A DNA stretch of 64,000 nt from assembly GCA_052327205.1 (NCBI GenBank), contig CM126212.1, positions 23,932,001-23,996,000 of the forward strand, read 5' to 3'. Origin of the DNA: Somniosus microcephalus (taxonomy: Eukaryota). Numbering within the stretch: position 1 is the first letter of the stretch; each line of letters starts with the position of its first letter. The notes under the pieces are model-generated. The model saw nothing but the letters and a program-made list of their open reading frames with translations, was not told the DNA's origin and ran no database searches. Positions 12,501-24,500 of this stretch are shown here, in pieces. Position numbers and translations under genes: made by a program.

Positions 12501-15500
12501 TCCATCTGCCAAATCTCTGCCCACTTACTTAGCCTATCTATGTCCCCTTGCAGGTTTTTTTATGTCCTCCTCACTCACTACTTTCCCTCCCATCTTAGTA
12601 TCATCTGCAAACTTTGATATGTTACACTCGGTCCCCTCCTCCAAATCGTTGATATAGATTGTAAAGAGTTGGGGACCCAGCACTGACCCCTGCGGAACAC
12701 CACTAGTTACTGATTGCCAGTCTGAGAATGAACCATTTATCCCAACTCTCTGCCTTCGGTTAGATAGCCAATCCTCTATCCATGCCAGAATATTACCCCC
12801 AATCCTGTGATTTTTTATCTTAAGCAATAATCTTTTGTGTGGCACCTTATCAAATGCCTTTTGGAAGTCTAAATACACTACGTCCACTGGTTCCCCTTTA
12901 TCCACCCTATATGTTACTTCCTCAAAGAACTCCAGCAAATTTGTCAAACATGACTTCCCCTTCATAAAACTTTGACCCCATTCCATAGAAACATAGAAAC
13001 ATAGAAGATAGGAGCAGGAGTAGGCCATTCGGCCCCTCAAGCCTGCTCTGCCATTCAATGCGATCATGGCTGATCATCCAAACTCAGTACCCTGTCCCTG
13101 CCTTCTCCCCATATCCCTTGATCCCCTTAGCCTTAAGAAATATATCTAACTCCTTCTTGAATATATTTAATGAATTGGCCTCAACTGTCTTCTGTGGTAG
13201 AGAATTCCACAGGTTCACCACTCTCTGGGTGAAGAAATTCCTCCTCATCTCAGTCCTAAATGGCTTACCCCTTATCCTTAGACTGTGACCCCTGGTTCTG
13301 GACTCCCCCGCCATCGGGAACATCCTTCCTGCATCTAGTCTGTCTAATCCTGTTAGAATTTTATAAATTTCAATGAGATCCCCTCTCATTCTTCTAAACT
13401 CTAGCGAATATAAGCCCAATCAACCCAATCGATTCCAAATCCCCCAGACTGTTTCCATGCCCATCATACAGTTGCTGCATTTCCTTGTCCTTTCTAATTG
13501 TAATAGGAAGAAAGAACTTGCATTTATATAGCGCCTTTCACAACCTCAGGACATCCCAAAGCGCTTTACAGCCAATGAAGTACCTTTTGAAGTGTAGTCA
13601 CTGCTGTAATGTAGGTAACTCGGCAGCCAATTTGCACACAACAAGCTCCCACAAACGGCAATGAAATAAATAGCCAGTTTTAGTGGTGTTAGTTGAGGGA
13701 TATATCTTGGCCAGGACTCCCCTGCTCTTCTTCGAATAGTGCCATGGGATCTTTTATGTCCACCTGAGAGGGAAGACGGGGTCTCGGTTCAACATCTCAT
13801 CTGAAAGCAGCACTTCCGACAGTCGCACTCCCTTAGTACTGCAAGGAGTGTCAGCCTAGATTATGTGCTCAGTAATCGGTGTAATAATTGAAGCAGGTAG
13901 CCAACACCTGTCGAGGCAGTGCAGAAGTACCCGCGCCAAGGAATTGGCGGAGAATGGAGAAATATCCCATCCGATGGGTGGAGCCAGAATTGAATTTAAA
14001 AATACTTTCCTCCCTGTTAGGGGGTAAATTTTGGGCACCATGAGATAATCGATTTACCCTGGGAATGATTATCTTTCCTCCCTTGGCTCTTGGGGTCTTC
14101 TGAAGGCCCTGTATGGAACCCCATGCCTGCAACTAGCAGGCGTGACTTCCACTGGGTCTAATGAGGGCAAGTTGGCCGTGATTCCTGGGATAGGCTGGGA
14201 ATGTACTGAGTTTGGATGATCAGCCATGATCCCATTGAATGGCAGAGCAGGCTCGAGGGGCCGAATGGCCTACTCCTGCTCCTATCTTCTATGTAACATC
14301 CCTGAATCTGGCTGTGAATGTGAGGAGGGCTGGTAAGTTGAATTTGGAATGCAGGTTACACAGGGATCTGTAATCTGCCCCAAATACCTGCTCCCTCATA
14401 AGCAACACGTTGTGCCCTTCCACCCCTTCTGGCCCTGTAATGTTTAAATCCCTTCCTGCTCAACTGCATTATGTTTCCTGGTTTCATTCTAGCCTTCAGT
14501 TGTACAATGCTGATTCAGATCGTGCGTGCACTGAACGCTACCAGTATGAGGTCTGTAACTGCAGCAGCATAGGTTAGAAACAATGATGAGTGAACAGCAC
14601 CAGGAGCACCTGCCTCATCCAAACTGCCGAGCTCACCGAACCCGAGCGATAAGTCAACCCCGTAAAAGTACGGATCCCTCCTGCGGCTTGATAGCAGTCT
14701 GGAGCCCGCCTCAGTCGGAGCAAATCTCCACCGTGGTGTCTGGAAAAACTAAGCTCAGTGTTTGCTTGGCCTAATCCCGCCAGTTATAATGGGAGGGCGG
14801 GAATGGCAGTGGGAACGATAAAGGACCCAGGATCTTGTATTAGACCTGTGTGGTTTTACATAGAATGATATACCTTAAATGTACAGAAACAGGCATTCGA
14901 CTCGACGGGTCTGTGCCACACTAGCTTCCTCCCACTCTCTTTATCTCACCCTGTCAGCATATCCTTCTATTCCTTTCTCCCTCAGTACCTATTTAGCTTC
15001 CCCTTAAGTGCATCTGTGCCACTCACCTCATATTAATCCTCGGAAAAGAAATTATAGGAACATAAGTTGAAGTGTTTTTGTACGTTTCGTTTAGTACATT
15101 TAGAGTTCAGGCACAAAGATTCCGAAATGATCCATGGAAACCAGATCAACAGCGCCTCCAGTGGCACATAGAAACATAGAAACATAGAAGATAGGAGCAG
15201 GAGTAGGCTATTCGGCCCCTCGAGCCTGCTCCGCCATTCAGTGAGATCATGGCTGATCATCCAAATTCAGTACCCTGTCCCTGCCTTCTCCCCATATCCC
15301 TTGATCCCTTTAACTTTAAGAAATATATCTAACTCCTTCTTGAATATATTTAATGAATTGGCCTCTACTGCCTTCTGTGGTAGTGAATTCCACAGGTTCA
15401 CCACTCTCTGGGTGAAGAAATTCCTCCTCATCTCAGTCCTAAATGGCTTACCCTTTATCCTTAAACTGTGACCCCTGGTTCTGGACTCCCCGACCATCGG

Positions 15501-18500
15501 GAACATCCTTCCTGCATCTAGTCTGTCCAGTCCTGTCAGAATTTTATAAATTTCAATGAGATCCCCTCTCATTCTTCTAAACTCCAGTGAGTATAAGCCC
15601 AATCGACCCAATCTCTCCTCATACGTCATTCCTGCCATCCCAGGTATCAGCCTGGTGAATTTTCGCTGCACTCCCTCCATGGCACAAGTCGGTGAGTGCA
15701 CTGCCCAGAGTGTAACTGGGCCGTGCTGTGCTGCATTCGGTAATGTCAGATAGGACGGAGCTGGGGACATTTCAATTAGCCTCAGAGCCCTGGCCGCAGA
15801 AGGAGGGAAAATAAAGTCGGCCAGAATTCCTAATACAGCTGAAAATAGATGGGATAGAAACAAAGAATCCTGGAAAACCCTCAGCATCTGTGGAGAGAGA
15901 AACAGAGTTAACGTTTCAGGCCAGTGACCTTTCATCAGAACTGAAATATTGACCTGAAACGTGAGCTCTGTTTCTCTCTCCACGATCGCTGCCTGACCTG
16001 CTTGAGTGTTTCCAGCATTATTCTGTTTTTATTTCAGATTTCCAGCCCCTGCAGTATTTACTTTTGCACATATATGGAGTCTGGGCAAGGACATGATCAG
16101 ATTATGCCTGTAATGTCTCATTTCTAATCACGATCCAGTGACCACTGTTAGACGTTTGTGTGTGGACACCAGGTGCGGATAGGATTGGGCTTGACAGTGA
16201 TGCCTCCATGTCAAGTAGCCTGCAGCACCTGCTGTCAAAGCCCACAATGGCCTCTTGGCTGAGGTATTGGAGGCCAACTGGCACCCATGGAGCCAACCAT
16301 CCTTCAGCAGAGGAAATGAGGGGAGGAAAACTGGAGACAGAAAGGGTTGGGGGGGAGGGTGGTGGAGGAGCAGGCACTGCTGTGGAGGACGGGAGGTTCA
16401 CCAGACTGATTCCTGGGATGGCAGGACCGTCGTATGAGGAGAGATTGGGTCGACTAGGCCTGTATTCACTAGAGTTTAGAAGAATGAGAGGGGATCTCGT
16501 GGAAACGTATAAAATTCTGACAGGGCTAGACAGACTGGATGCAGGAGGATGTTTCCCCTGGCTGGGGGGTCTAGAACGAGGGGTCACAGTCTCAGGATAC
16601 AGGGTAGGACATTTAGGACTGAGATGAGGAGAAATTTCTTCAGAGTGTGGTGAACCTGTGGAATTCTCTACCACAGAAGGCTGCGGAGACCAAGTCACTG
16701 AATATATTTAAGAAGGAGATAGATAGATTTCTAGACACAAAAGGCATCAAGGGGTATGGGGAGAGAGTGGGAATATGGTATTGAGATAGAGGATCAGCCA
16801 TGATCATATTGAATGGCGGAGCAGGCTCGAAGGGCCGAATGACCTACTCCTGCTCCTATTTTTCTATGTTTCTATGTAAGTGCATCACCTGGGTCACCTC
16901 AGGCCACTCCAGCTCACATTGCCAGTTCACTGCAACATTGGTGAAGGACCGGTAACTGCCCGAACCCTGAGCCCGGAGTGCAGTGGAGCAGAAGAAGATG
17001 AATTAAGACTAGACGGTAACATAAACTAGCAATGTGGCGTTCTGTGCTCATTTGTTTTTACTGTTTCATAAGTTCTTGTGCATTTTCCAAGCAGAGTACG
17101 CCGTGGCAACGTGCTTTATTGCTACTCACCATCACCTCTACAGTGGTTCTCCCCCTCAGCCTGCAGAAAAAGGTGTCGGATTCACCCTGGCAGTCGTTGC
17201 TCTCGCTCACCTTTTATATGTTATTGATGATTGTGGTGAGTACTGGGAGCACAGTGAGAACAAGACTGGAATCCTGGCATTATTGATCAGATGGGTGTAT
17301 AGATTGCCTCACTCTATATATCATTGCCCATTATTTAGAGGATATGTAATATAAAATACAATTTTTACACTGGACTTTATTGTACCCGGGTGACTAGGTA
17401 AATGGATTTATGTTTTGTCCTCTCTCTTGAAGGCTTAGCTGGGGTACAGTTCCACAGAAACTGGCCACCCTGCGCTATCTTGACAAGGTACCCATTCTTT
17501 TATGTATAAGCTTACTTGGTGAGGAGCCTCCAGGGTGGGGAGACTCCAGGGTGGGGAGACTCCAGGGTGAGGAGCCTCCAGGGTGGGGAGACTCCAGGGT
17601 GGGGAGCCTCCAGGGTGAGGAGCCTCCAAGGTGGGGAGACTCCAGGGTGGGGAGCCTCCAGGGTGGGGAGCCTCCAGGGTGGGGAGCCTCCTTGGTGGGG
17701 AGCCTCCAGGGTGAGGAGCCTCCTCGGTGGGGAGCCTCCAGGGTGGGGAGCCTCCAGGGTGAGGAGCCTCCAGGATGGGGAGCCTCCAGGGTGGGGAGCC
17801 TCCAGGGTGAGGAGCCTCCTCGGTGGGGAGCCTCCAGGGTGAGGAGCCTCCAGGGTGGGGAGCCTCCAGGGTGAGGAGCCTCCACGGTGAGGAGACTCCA
17901 TGCTGGGGAGCCTCCATGGTGAAGGTTGGCAGTATACTCTTCTTTGTAGACCATCAAACCTGAGCCCAGTCCGTCATCACCCGACAGTCACACACATGTA
18001 TTTTTCAGCTGGACTCACTGGGCAATAATCAGAAGCAGCGATGAGGGCCTTTACTTCCCCTCTGTAACACTTGGGTGCCGACTGACGTAATAAAACTCAC
18101 TACGCACGTTCGTGTATAAAGCAAGGCTTTAATCAACTTGTTTCAAAACATGGAGGACTAGTTATCTTTCACTAGTTCCTGTTTACAAAATGTCCTGGGC
18201 AAGCTGGGCCCACGCCCGAGTATTTATACTCCTTGGACGGCGCCACCAGCTGGCCGTCCAGTGTTATTTCATGAGTCTTTCTTCATGGATCATAAGATTC
18301 ATAACACCGACCATTTTGACGCCTTACCACTGCTCCAGCTGAAATCAATCAGAGAGAGAACCCAGGACAGTCTCATCGATGTGGTTCAGTTTCACATCGG
18401 GGAACTGACACCTGAGTTTCTTTCACTTAGAGCATGACACAGGTTAGAACAGACTGAGGAAGTTACAGTCAACAGGAATGAGGCAATCTCAATCCAGTTT

Positions 18501-21500
18501 TCAGTAGGGAGGACTTCGCAGCACACAGCAAAACTCAACAATCCTATCCAGTGTCCAAAACAAAGATGCCACCTTAGTACAGAAGGGACAGAGTAAAGTT
18601 CTTTCATCTGTATTTTGGTGTCTGTAGGGAGAGCATTACATTTGACCCATGTTGTACACACTGGGTAAAGATGAAAAAAACACATAGAATTTCCAGGTCC
18701 ATCATCCCTTCCCTTAATGAAACCAACCAGACACATCCAGCATGAAACAAGTAGGGGAAAAGATTAAATCTGTCAGCCATCTCTGAAAAGTAATTTTGTT
18801 ATGAAAAAAATCATGTGTTATCCTTATCACCCATTAACGTAAACTATTTGATGACAATCATAATTTTAAAAAATCAAAAAGATGATTCGTTTTTAAATCT
18901 AAAGAGATTAGAATTTTCCATTTTCTTTAGACTTCATCATGAATATTAAGTATCAACACACTGAGAAAAGTTCTGTGGCTCAGATCAAACCAATCAAATT
19001 TAATCAAATCCAACGTCCGTTCTGAGCTTAGTGCTAGAACCTCTGTAAATGTCAGCATCTCTCTTTAATAAAAAGGATATTCTCCCTCCAGTTTTTGCAC
19101 TTGTTATGTCCCCTCTTTGGTCTCCCAGGCCATGCATCGTACTCCAGCGGGAGTCTGCTCCTTTAGGAGACGAAGGGAGACAATTGAGGGGGTGGTGGGG
19201 GGAATGTTAAAAAGTCTGCTATAATGCATGCAGTACTTGCAAATTATTAACTGACCACTAGATGGCCCCTGGTGGAAATCAGCACGTTGTAGCAATTACA
19301 CTCCCAAGCTTGTGTTGGTTTTCTTATTCTTTGACAGAATGTGCTAGAGGGTCTGGAAATAAGAGCAGCAGGTTATTACCACACCAACTCGAGTGTTGAT
19401 GTGACATAACAGTCTCTGATTTAGTTTGTGTTGGTAGAGATGAGAAATTCACACAGGGGGGGTTTCTCTTGGTTTTCAGCTGCTGGTATACTGCCTGAAC
19501 TTGGTGCTGTCCAGTGGCTTGGCGGTGGAGAATGTCCGCTTGTGGCAGTGGTCTGGGATTGCCACGTGTCTGCCGATATTTGCCACCTCATACTGCTGTC
19601 ACCCGTAAGTGACGTAAAGATCCGGTGCACCCAAACTGCTGGCTTTAGTCATTGGGAATTGTAAAAGACTTGCATTTATATAACGCCTTTCACAACCAGT
19701 GGATGTCCCAAAGCACTTTACAGCCTATGAAGTACTTTTGAAGTGTAGTCACTGTTGTAATGTGGGAAAGTAACGTAGCTACGTGAAGGAGATAGGTAAG
19801 CTCAAAAAATGGCCAAACTTGCGATAATACTACAAGGGTTAATTTTCCAATGCACGTTTTAGCGTTCATTTGAATGGAGGGAAAATCATGGGCCCAGGGA
19901 GTGGACAGGGGCTCGAATTCCCATCATGGGCTCCTGGTGTACAAAGCCCTACTCCAGGACCGTTAAAGACAAAGGTTCATCCAGAACTCTGCTGCCCGTA
20001 TCCTGACTCGCACCAAGTCCCGTTCACCCATCACCCCCTGTGCTCGTTGACCTACATGGCCTCCCTGTCCGGCAACACCTCGATTTAAAAATTCTCATCC
20101 TTGTGTTCAAATCCCTCCCTGGCCTCGACCCCTCTCCTATCTCTGTCACCTCCTCCAGCCCTACAACCCCCGAGATCTCTGCGCTCCTCCAATTCTGGCT
20201 ACTTGCACATCTCTGATTTTAATCGCTCCACCATTGGCGGCCGTGTCTTCAGCTGCCGAGGCCCGAAGCTCTGGAATTCCCTGCCTAAACCATTATGCGT
20301 TTCTACCTCTCTCTCCTCCTTTAAGATGCTCCTTAAAACCTACCTCTTTGACCCAGCATTTGGTCACCTGTCCTAATATCTCCTTATGTGTCAAATTTTG
20401 TTTTGATAGCGCTCCAGTGAAGCGCCTTGGGATGTTTTACAGGAAACTTTGTGTTATCCGGAGGCTAACTGTCCGGAATGCTCGAGCCACCGGCAAAAAT
20501 CGGGAGCCGTTTTCGTTAGGTTTTTTTTCTTCTTGTTGCTTTTTTCCTCAAAAGTCAAGCTCTGCAAGGTCTGCTGAAGCTGTTGCTAAGCTACAGAGAC
20601 GCTACAGAGATGCTTGGACTGTTTAGAAGCTGTTGCTAAGCAACAGGGTTTGTTGACAGATACGGAGCTCAGAAGCTTCCGTATCTTTCAACATTAGCGC
20701 TGGAGTGTCCGGCGGTTTTGAGGGAACGGCAACAGCCAGATAGCACAAAGTTTCCTGTACTATGTTAAAGGTGCTATATCAGTGCAAGTAGTTGTTGTTG
20801 TTCAGCTGAATGTAATACAGTGGGACTGCTTTATAATTAAAATGTTATTTGCACCGTGAAAACTGTCATCTGCTGCCTCTGCCACTTCCCTTCCTTCCCC
20901 TAGCCCACCGGGTCAAACTTCCTCTAAGGTTTCCCCCTGCCCTAGCCCTGAACTCACATCTTTCTCCAGTTTCTCTCCGATCTCTCCTCATGACCTCTCT
21001 GTGCTCATCTTGTCCATGAGACCCACCTCCTGCTCCCTCGACCCCAGTCCCACCAAACCGCTGACCACCCAACATCCTTTTCTGGCTCCCATGTTAGTTG
21101 ATACTGTTAACGATTCTCTCTCCTCGGGTGCTGTCCCCCTCGCCCTCAAATCTGCCGTCATCACCCCTCTCCTCATCAACCCTTGATCCCTCCGTCCTTG
21201 TAAACTACCGCCCCATCTCCAACCTCCCTTTCCTCTCCAAAGTCCTTGAATGTGTTGTCGCCTCCCAAATCCGTGCCCATCTTTCGCAACTCCATGTTTG
21301 AATCCCTCCAATGAGGTTTCCGCCCTTGTCACAGTACCGAAATGGCTCTCATCAAAGTCAAAAATAACATCCTTTGTGACTGTGACAAAGGTAAACTATC
21401 CCTCCTCGTCCTTCTTGACTTGTCTGCAGCCTTTGACACAGTTGACCACTCCATCCTTCTCCACCGTCGTCCAGCTGGGTGGGACTGCACTCGCCTGGTT

Positions 21501-24500
21501 CAATTCTTATCTATCTAATCGTAGCCAGAGAATCACCTGCAACGTCTTCTCTTCCCGCTCCCGCATCGTTACCTCTGGTGTCCCCCAAGGGTCTATCCTT
21601 GGCCCCCTCCTATTTCTCATCTACATGTTGCCCCTTGGCGACATCATCCGAAAACACAGCGTCAGTTTTCACGTGTACGCTGACGACACCCAGCTCGACC
21701 TCACTACAGTACCACGTCTCTCGACCCCTCCACGGTCTCTAAATTGTCAGACTGCTTGTCCGACATACAGTTCTCGATGAGCAAAAATTTTCTCCAATTA
21801 AATATTGGGAAGGCCGAAGCCATTGTTTTCGGTCCCCACCACAAACTCCATTCCTTAGCCACTGACTCCATCCCTCTCCCTAACATCTGACTGAGGCTGA
21901 ACCACACTGTTCGCAACCTTGGTGTCATATTTGACCCTGAAATGAGCTTCCGACCACACATCCAAGCATAACAAAGACCGCCTATTTCCACCTCCGTATC
22001 ATCGCCCGTCTCCGCCCCGCCTCAGCTCATCCACTGCTGGAACCCTCATCCATGCCTTTGTTACCTCTAGACTTGACTATTCCAACGCACTCCTGGCTGG
22101 CCTCCCACATTCCACCCTACGTAAACTTGAGGTCATCCAAAACTCGGCTGCCCGTGTCCCAACTCGCACCAAGTCCTGTTCGCCCATCACCCCTGTGCTC
22201 GCTGACCTACATTTGCTCCTGGTTAAGCAGCACCTCGATTTCAAAATTTTCATCCTTGTTTTCCAATCCCTCCATGGCCTCGCCCCTCCCTATCTCTGTA
22301 ATCTCCTTCAACCCCACAACCCCCCGAGATATCTGCGCTCCTCTAATTCTGCCCTCTTGAGCATCCCTGATTATAATCGCTCAACCTTTGGTGGTCGTGC
22401 CTTCAGCTGCCGAGGCCCTAAGCGCTGGAATTCCCTGCCTAAACCTCTCCGCCTCTCTACCTCTTTCCTCCTTTAAGACGCTCCTTAAAACCTACCTCTT
22501 TGACCAAGCTTTTGGTCATCTGCCCTAATTTATCCTTATGTGGATCGGTGTCAAATTTTTTGTCTTACAGTACTCCTGTGCAGCGCCTTGGGAGATTTTA
22601 CTATGTTAAAGGCGCTATATAAATAAAAGTTGTTGTTGTTGTCAGCTCACCTGCTGACTTAACGTATTAAAGCAGTGCGTAGGTAACTATAGAAACCAAA
22701 ATGGCTGCATGCTTGTTTCGCCACTCAGTGCTGAGTTACTTGACCTCAGCAGGGATAGTGCAGTGGCTATTCATGGTTCCCTCCTCCACCCACCCCCCAG
22801 ACCAACCGCGCCCCCCTCCCCCTGCTCTCCAACCCCCGACCCCCGCAACACTATTTTTCAGCAGCTGCGTGGCCGGGGGCGGTGGGTGGGGGGGAAGGGG
22901 CAGGCAAACAATTGATCCCAGGATTAATAAGGCTCTTGGCGTCTATGAGGGCAGGCTGGAGTGGCTCATTATCCAGCTGACAGGATGAATTAGATGTGTG
23001 GGAAATATTTGATGAGTTGCAGGCGGTCACTGGCCTTCAAATCTAAGCTGAGTTTGCGTTACGGTTTCTCTTTAATGTTTTGTGTCAAGACTAGTGCTTC
23101 CAATGTACTTCAACCTCAGACAGCAATCAGTGGAGCGAATGAATGTAGCCTGCAAGCAAGCCATCATCATCACCTTCATCTTTTATACAATGGTAAGTTA
23201 CTTAGGCTGTGTTTATCCAATAACTTTACTGTTGGTGTAGACACTGAGCTTTTGTAGTGTAAGTTCAGAGTAAAGTCCTACCTGACTCCAGAATGAAGCA
23301 GAACAGGACCTCCTCCTCCAAGGACTCTCGCTCCACTTTGCACTGGTGTCAGGTCAGGTGCCGACTCTGGATTTCAGCTACATTTACACTGTAAAAACTG
23401 GTACCAAACTGGGAAATTATTTCAAATTAAATTGTGGGCACAGGACAGAAGGACAAAAGTTCAAACTGGTGAAAGCCAAATTTAGAACTCATACCAGTAA
23501 GTTTCTGACCCTCAGGGTAATGTTCCCTGGAAGCTGCGTCTTGTTCTGCGCGACCTGTTTCTTTTAATGCGTGGTCCCTTTAAATTTCTGAGTGTCAGCT
23601 GTGGCTCAGTGGGTAGCACACTTGCCTCTGGGTCAGAAGGTTGTGGGTTCATAGTCCCACTCCAGGGACTTGAGCACATAAAGCTAGGCTGACACTCCAC
23701 TGCAGTGCTGAGGGAGTGCTGCATTGTTGGAGGTGCCGTCTTTCGGATGAGACGTTAAACCAAGTCCCCTGTCTGCTCTCCCAGGTGGACGTAAAAGATC
23801 CCATGGCACTATTTCGAAGAAGAGCAGGGGAGTTCTCCCCGGTGTCCTGGGCCAATATTTATCCCTCAATCAGCATAACAAAAAACAGATTATCTGGTCA
23901 TTATCACATTGCTGTTTGTGGGAGTTTGCTGTGCACAAATTGGCTGTCGCGTTTCCCACATTACAACAGTGACTACACTTCAAAAAAAGTACTTCATTGG
24001 CTGTAAAGCGCTTTGGGACGTCCGCTGATCGTGAAAGGTGCTATAAAAATGCAAGACTTTCTTTTTTCTGCTATACGCGGTATTTACAATGGAGAAGCTT
24101 GAGCGGCCTGCGCTGGACCTTGCAGATTCCTGCTCGCCGTGCATGCGCGCAGCTGAGATGGAACACTGATTGTGACTGTGCGATAGTGCAAAACGGCCGA
24201 TATCGGATCAGCCGCCCGTTAAACGTCACTCCCCATTTTCATTTCTATTGAAGTCAATCGGGAGAGATGAATAACTGCCGGCTGGTTCGATATCAGCAGT
24301 TTTACACTTCCGCCCAAAGTCAAAAATTCCCCCCCCCCCACCATCCATTTTATATTTTTCAAGGCAACGCTAAAAAGCTGCTCTAAGTTTATTAAAATCT
24401 AAAATAAAGTGTTCGTACAGTGCCAAGAGGTATGATGAGTTTAACAGGTTAAGGGGGCCGAGTATGGACCAATCACTCCAGCCAGCTCCAATGAAGAGAC

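Noticed and set aside
15267-16627. Long ORFs joining unique-looking N-termini to CR1 peptides
   Set aside because: Chance read-through from flanking DNA into CR1 3' fragments; no splice or homology support.
17435-17957. Several overlapping repetitive ORFs and a superficially CRISPR-like array
   Set aside because: A pure 17-bp tandem repeat with no unique spacers; the ORFs are by-products of a stop-free unit in eukaryotic intronic DNA.
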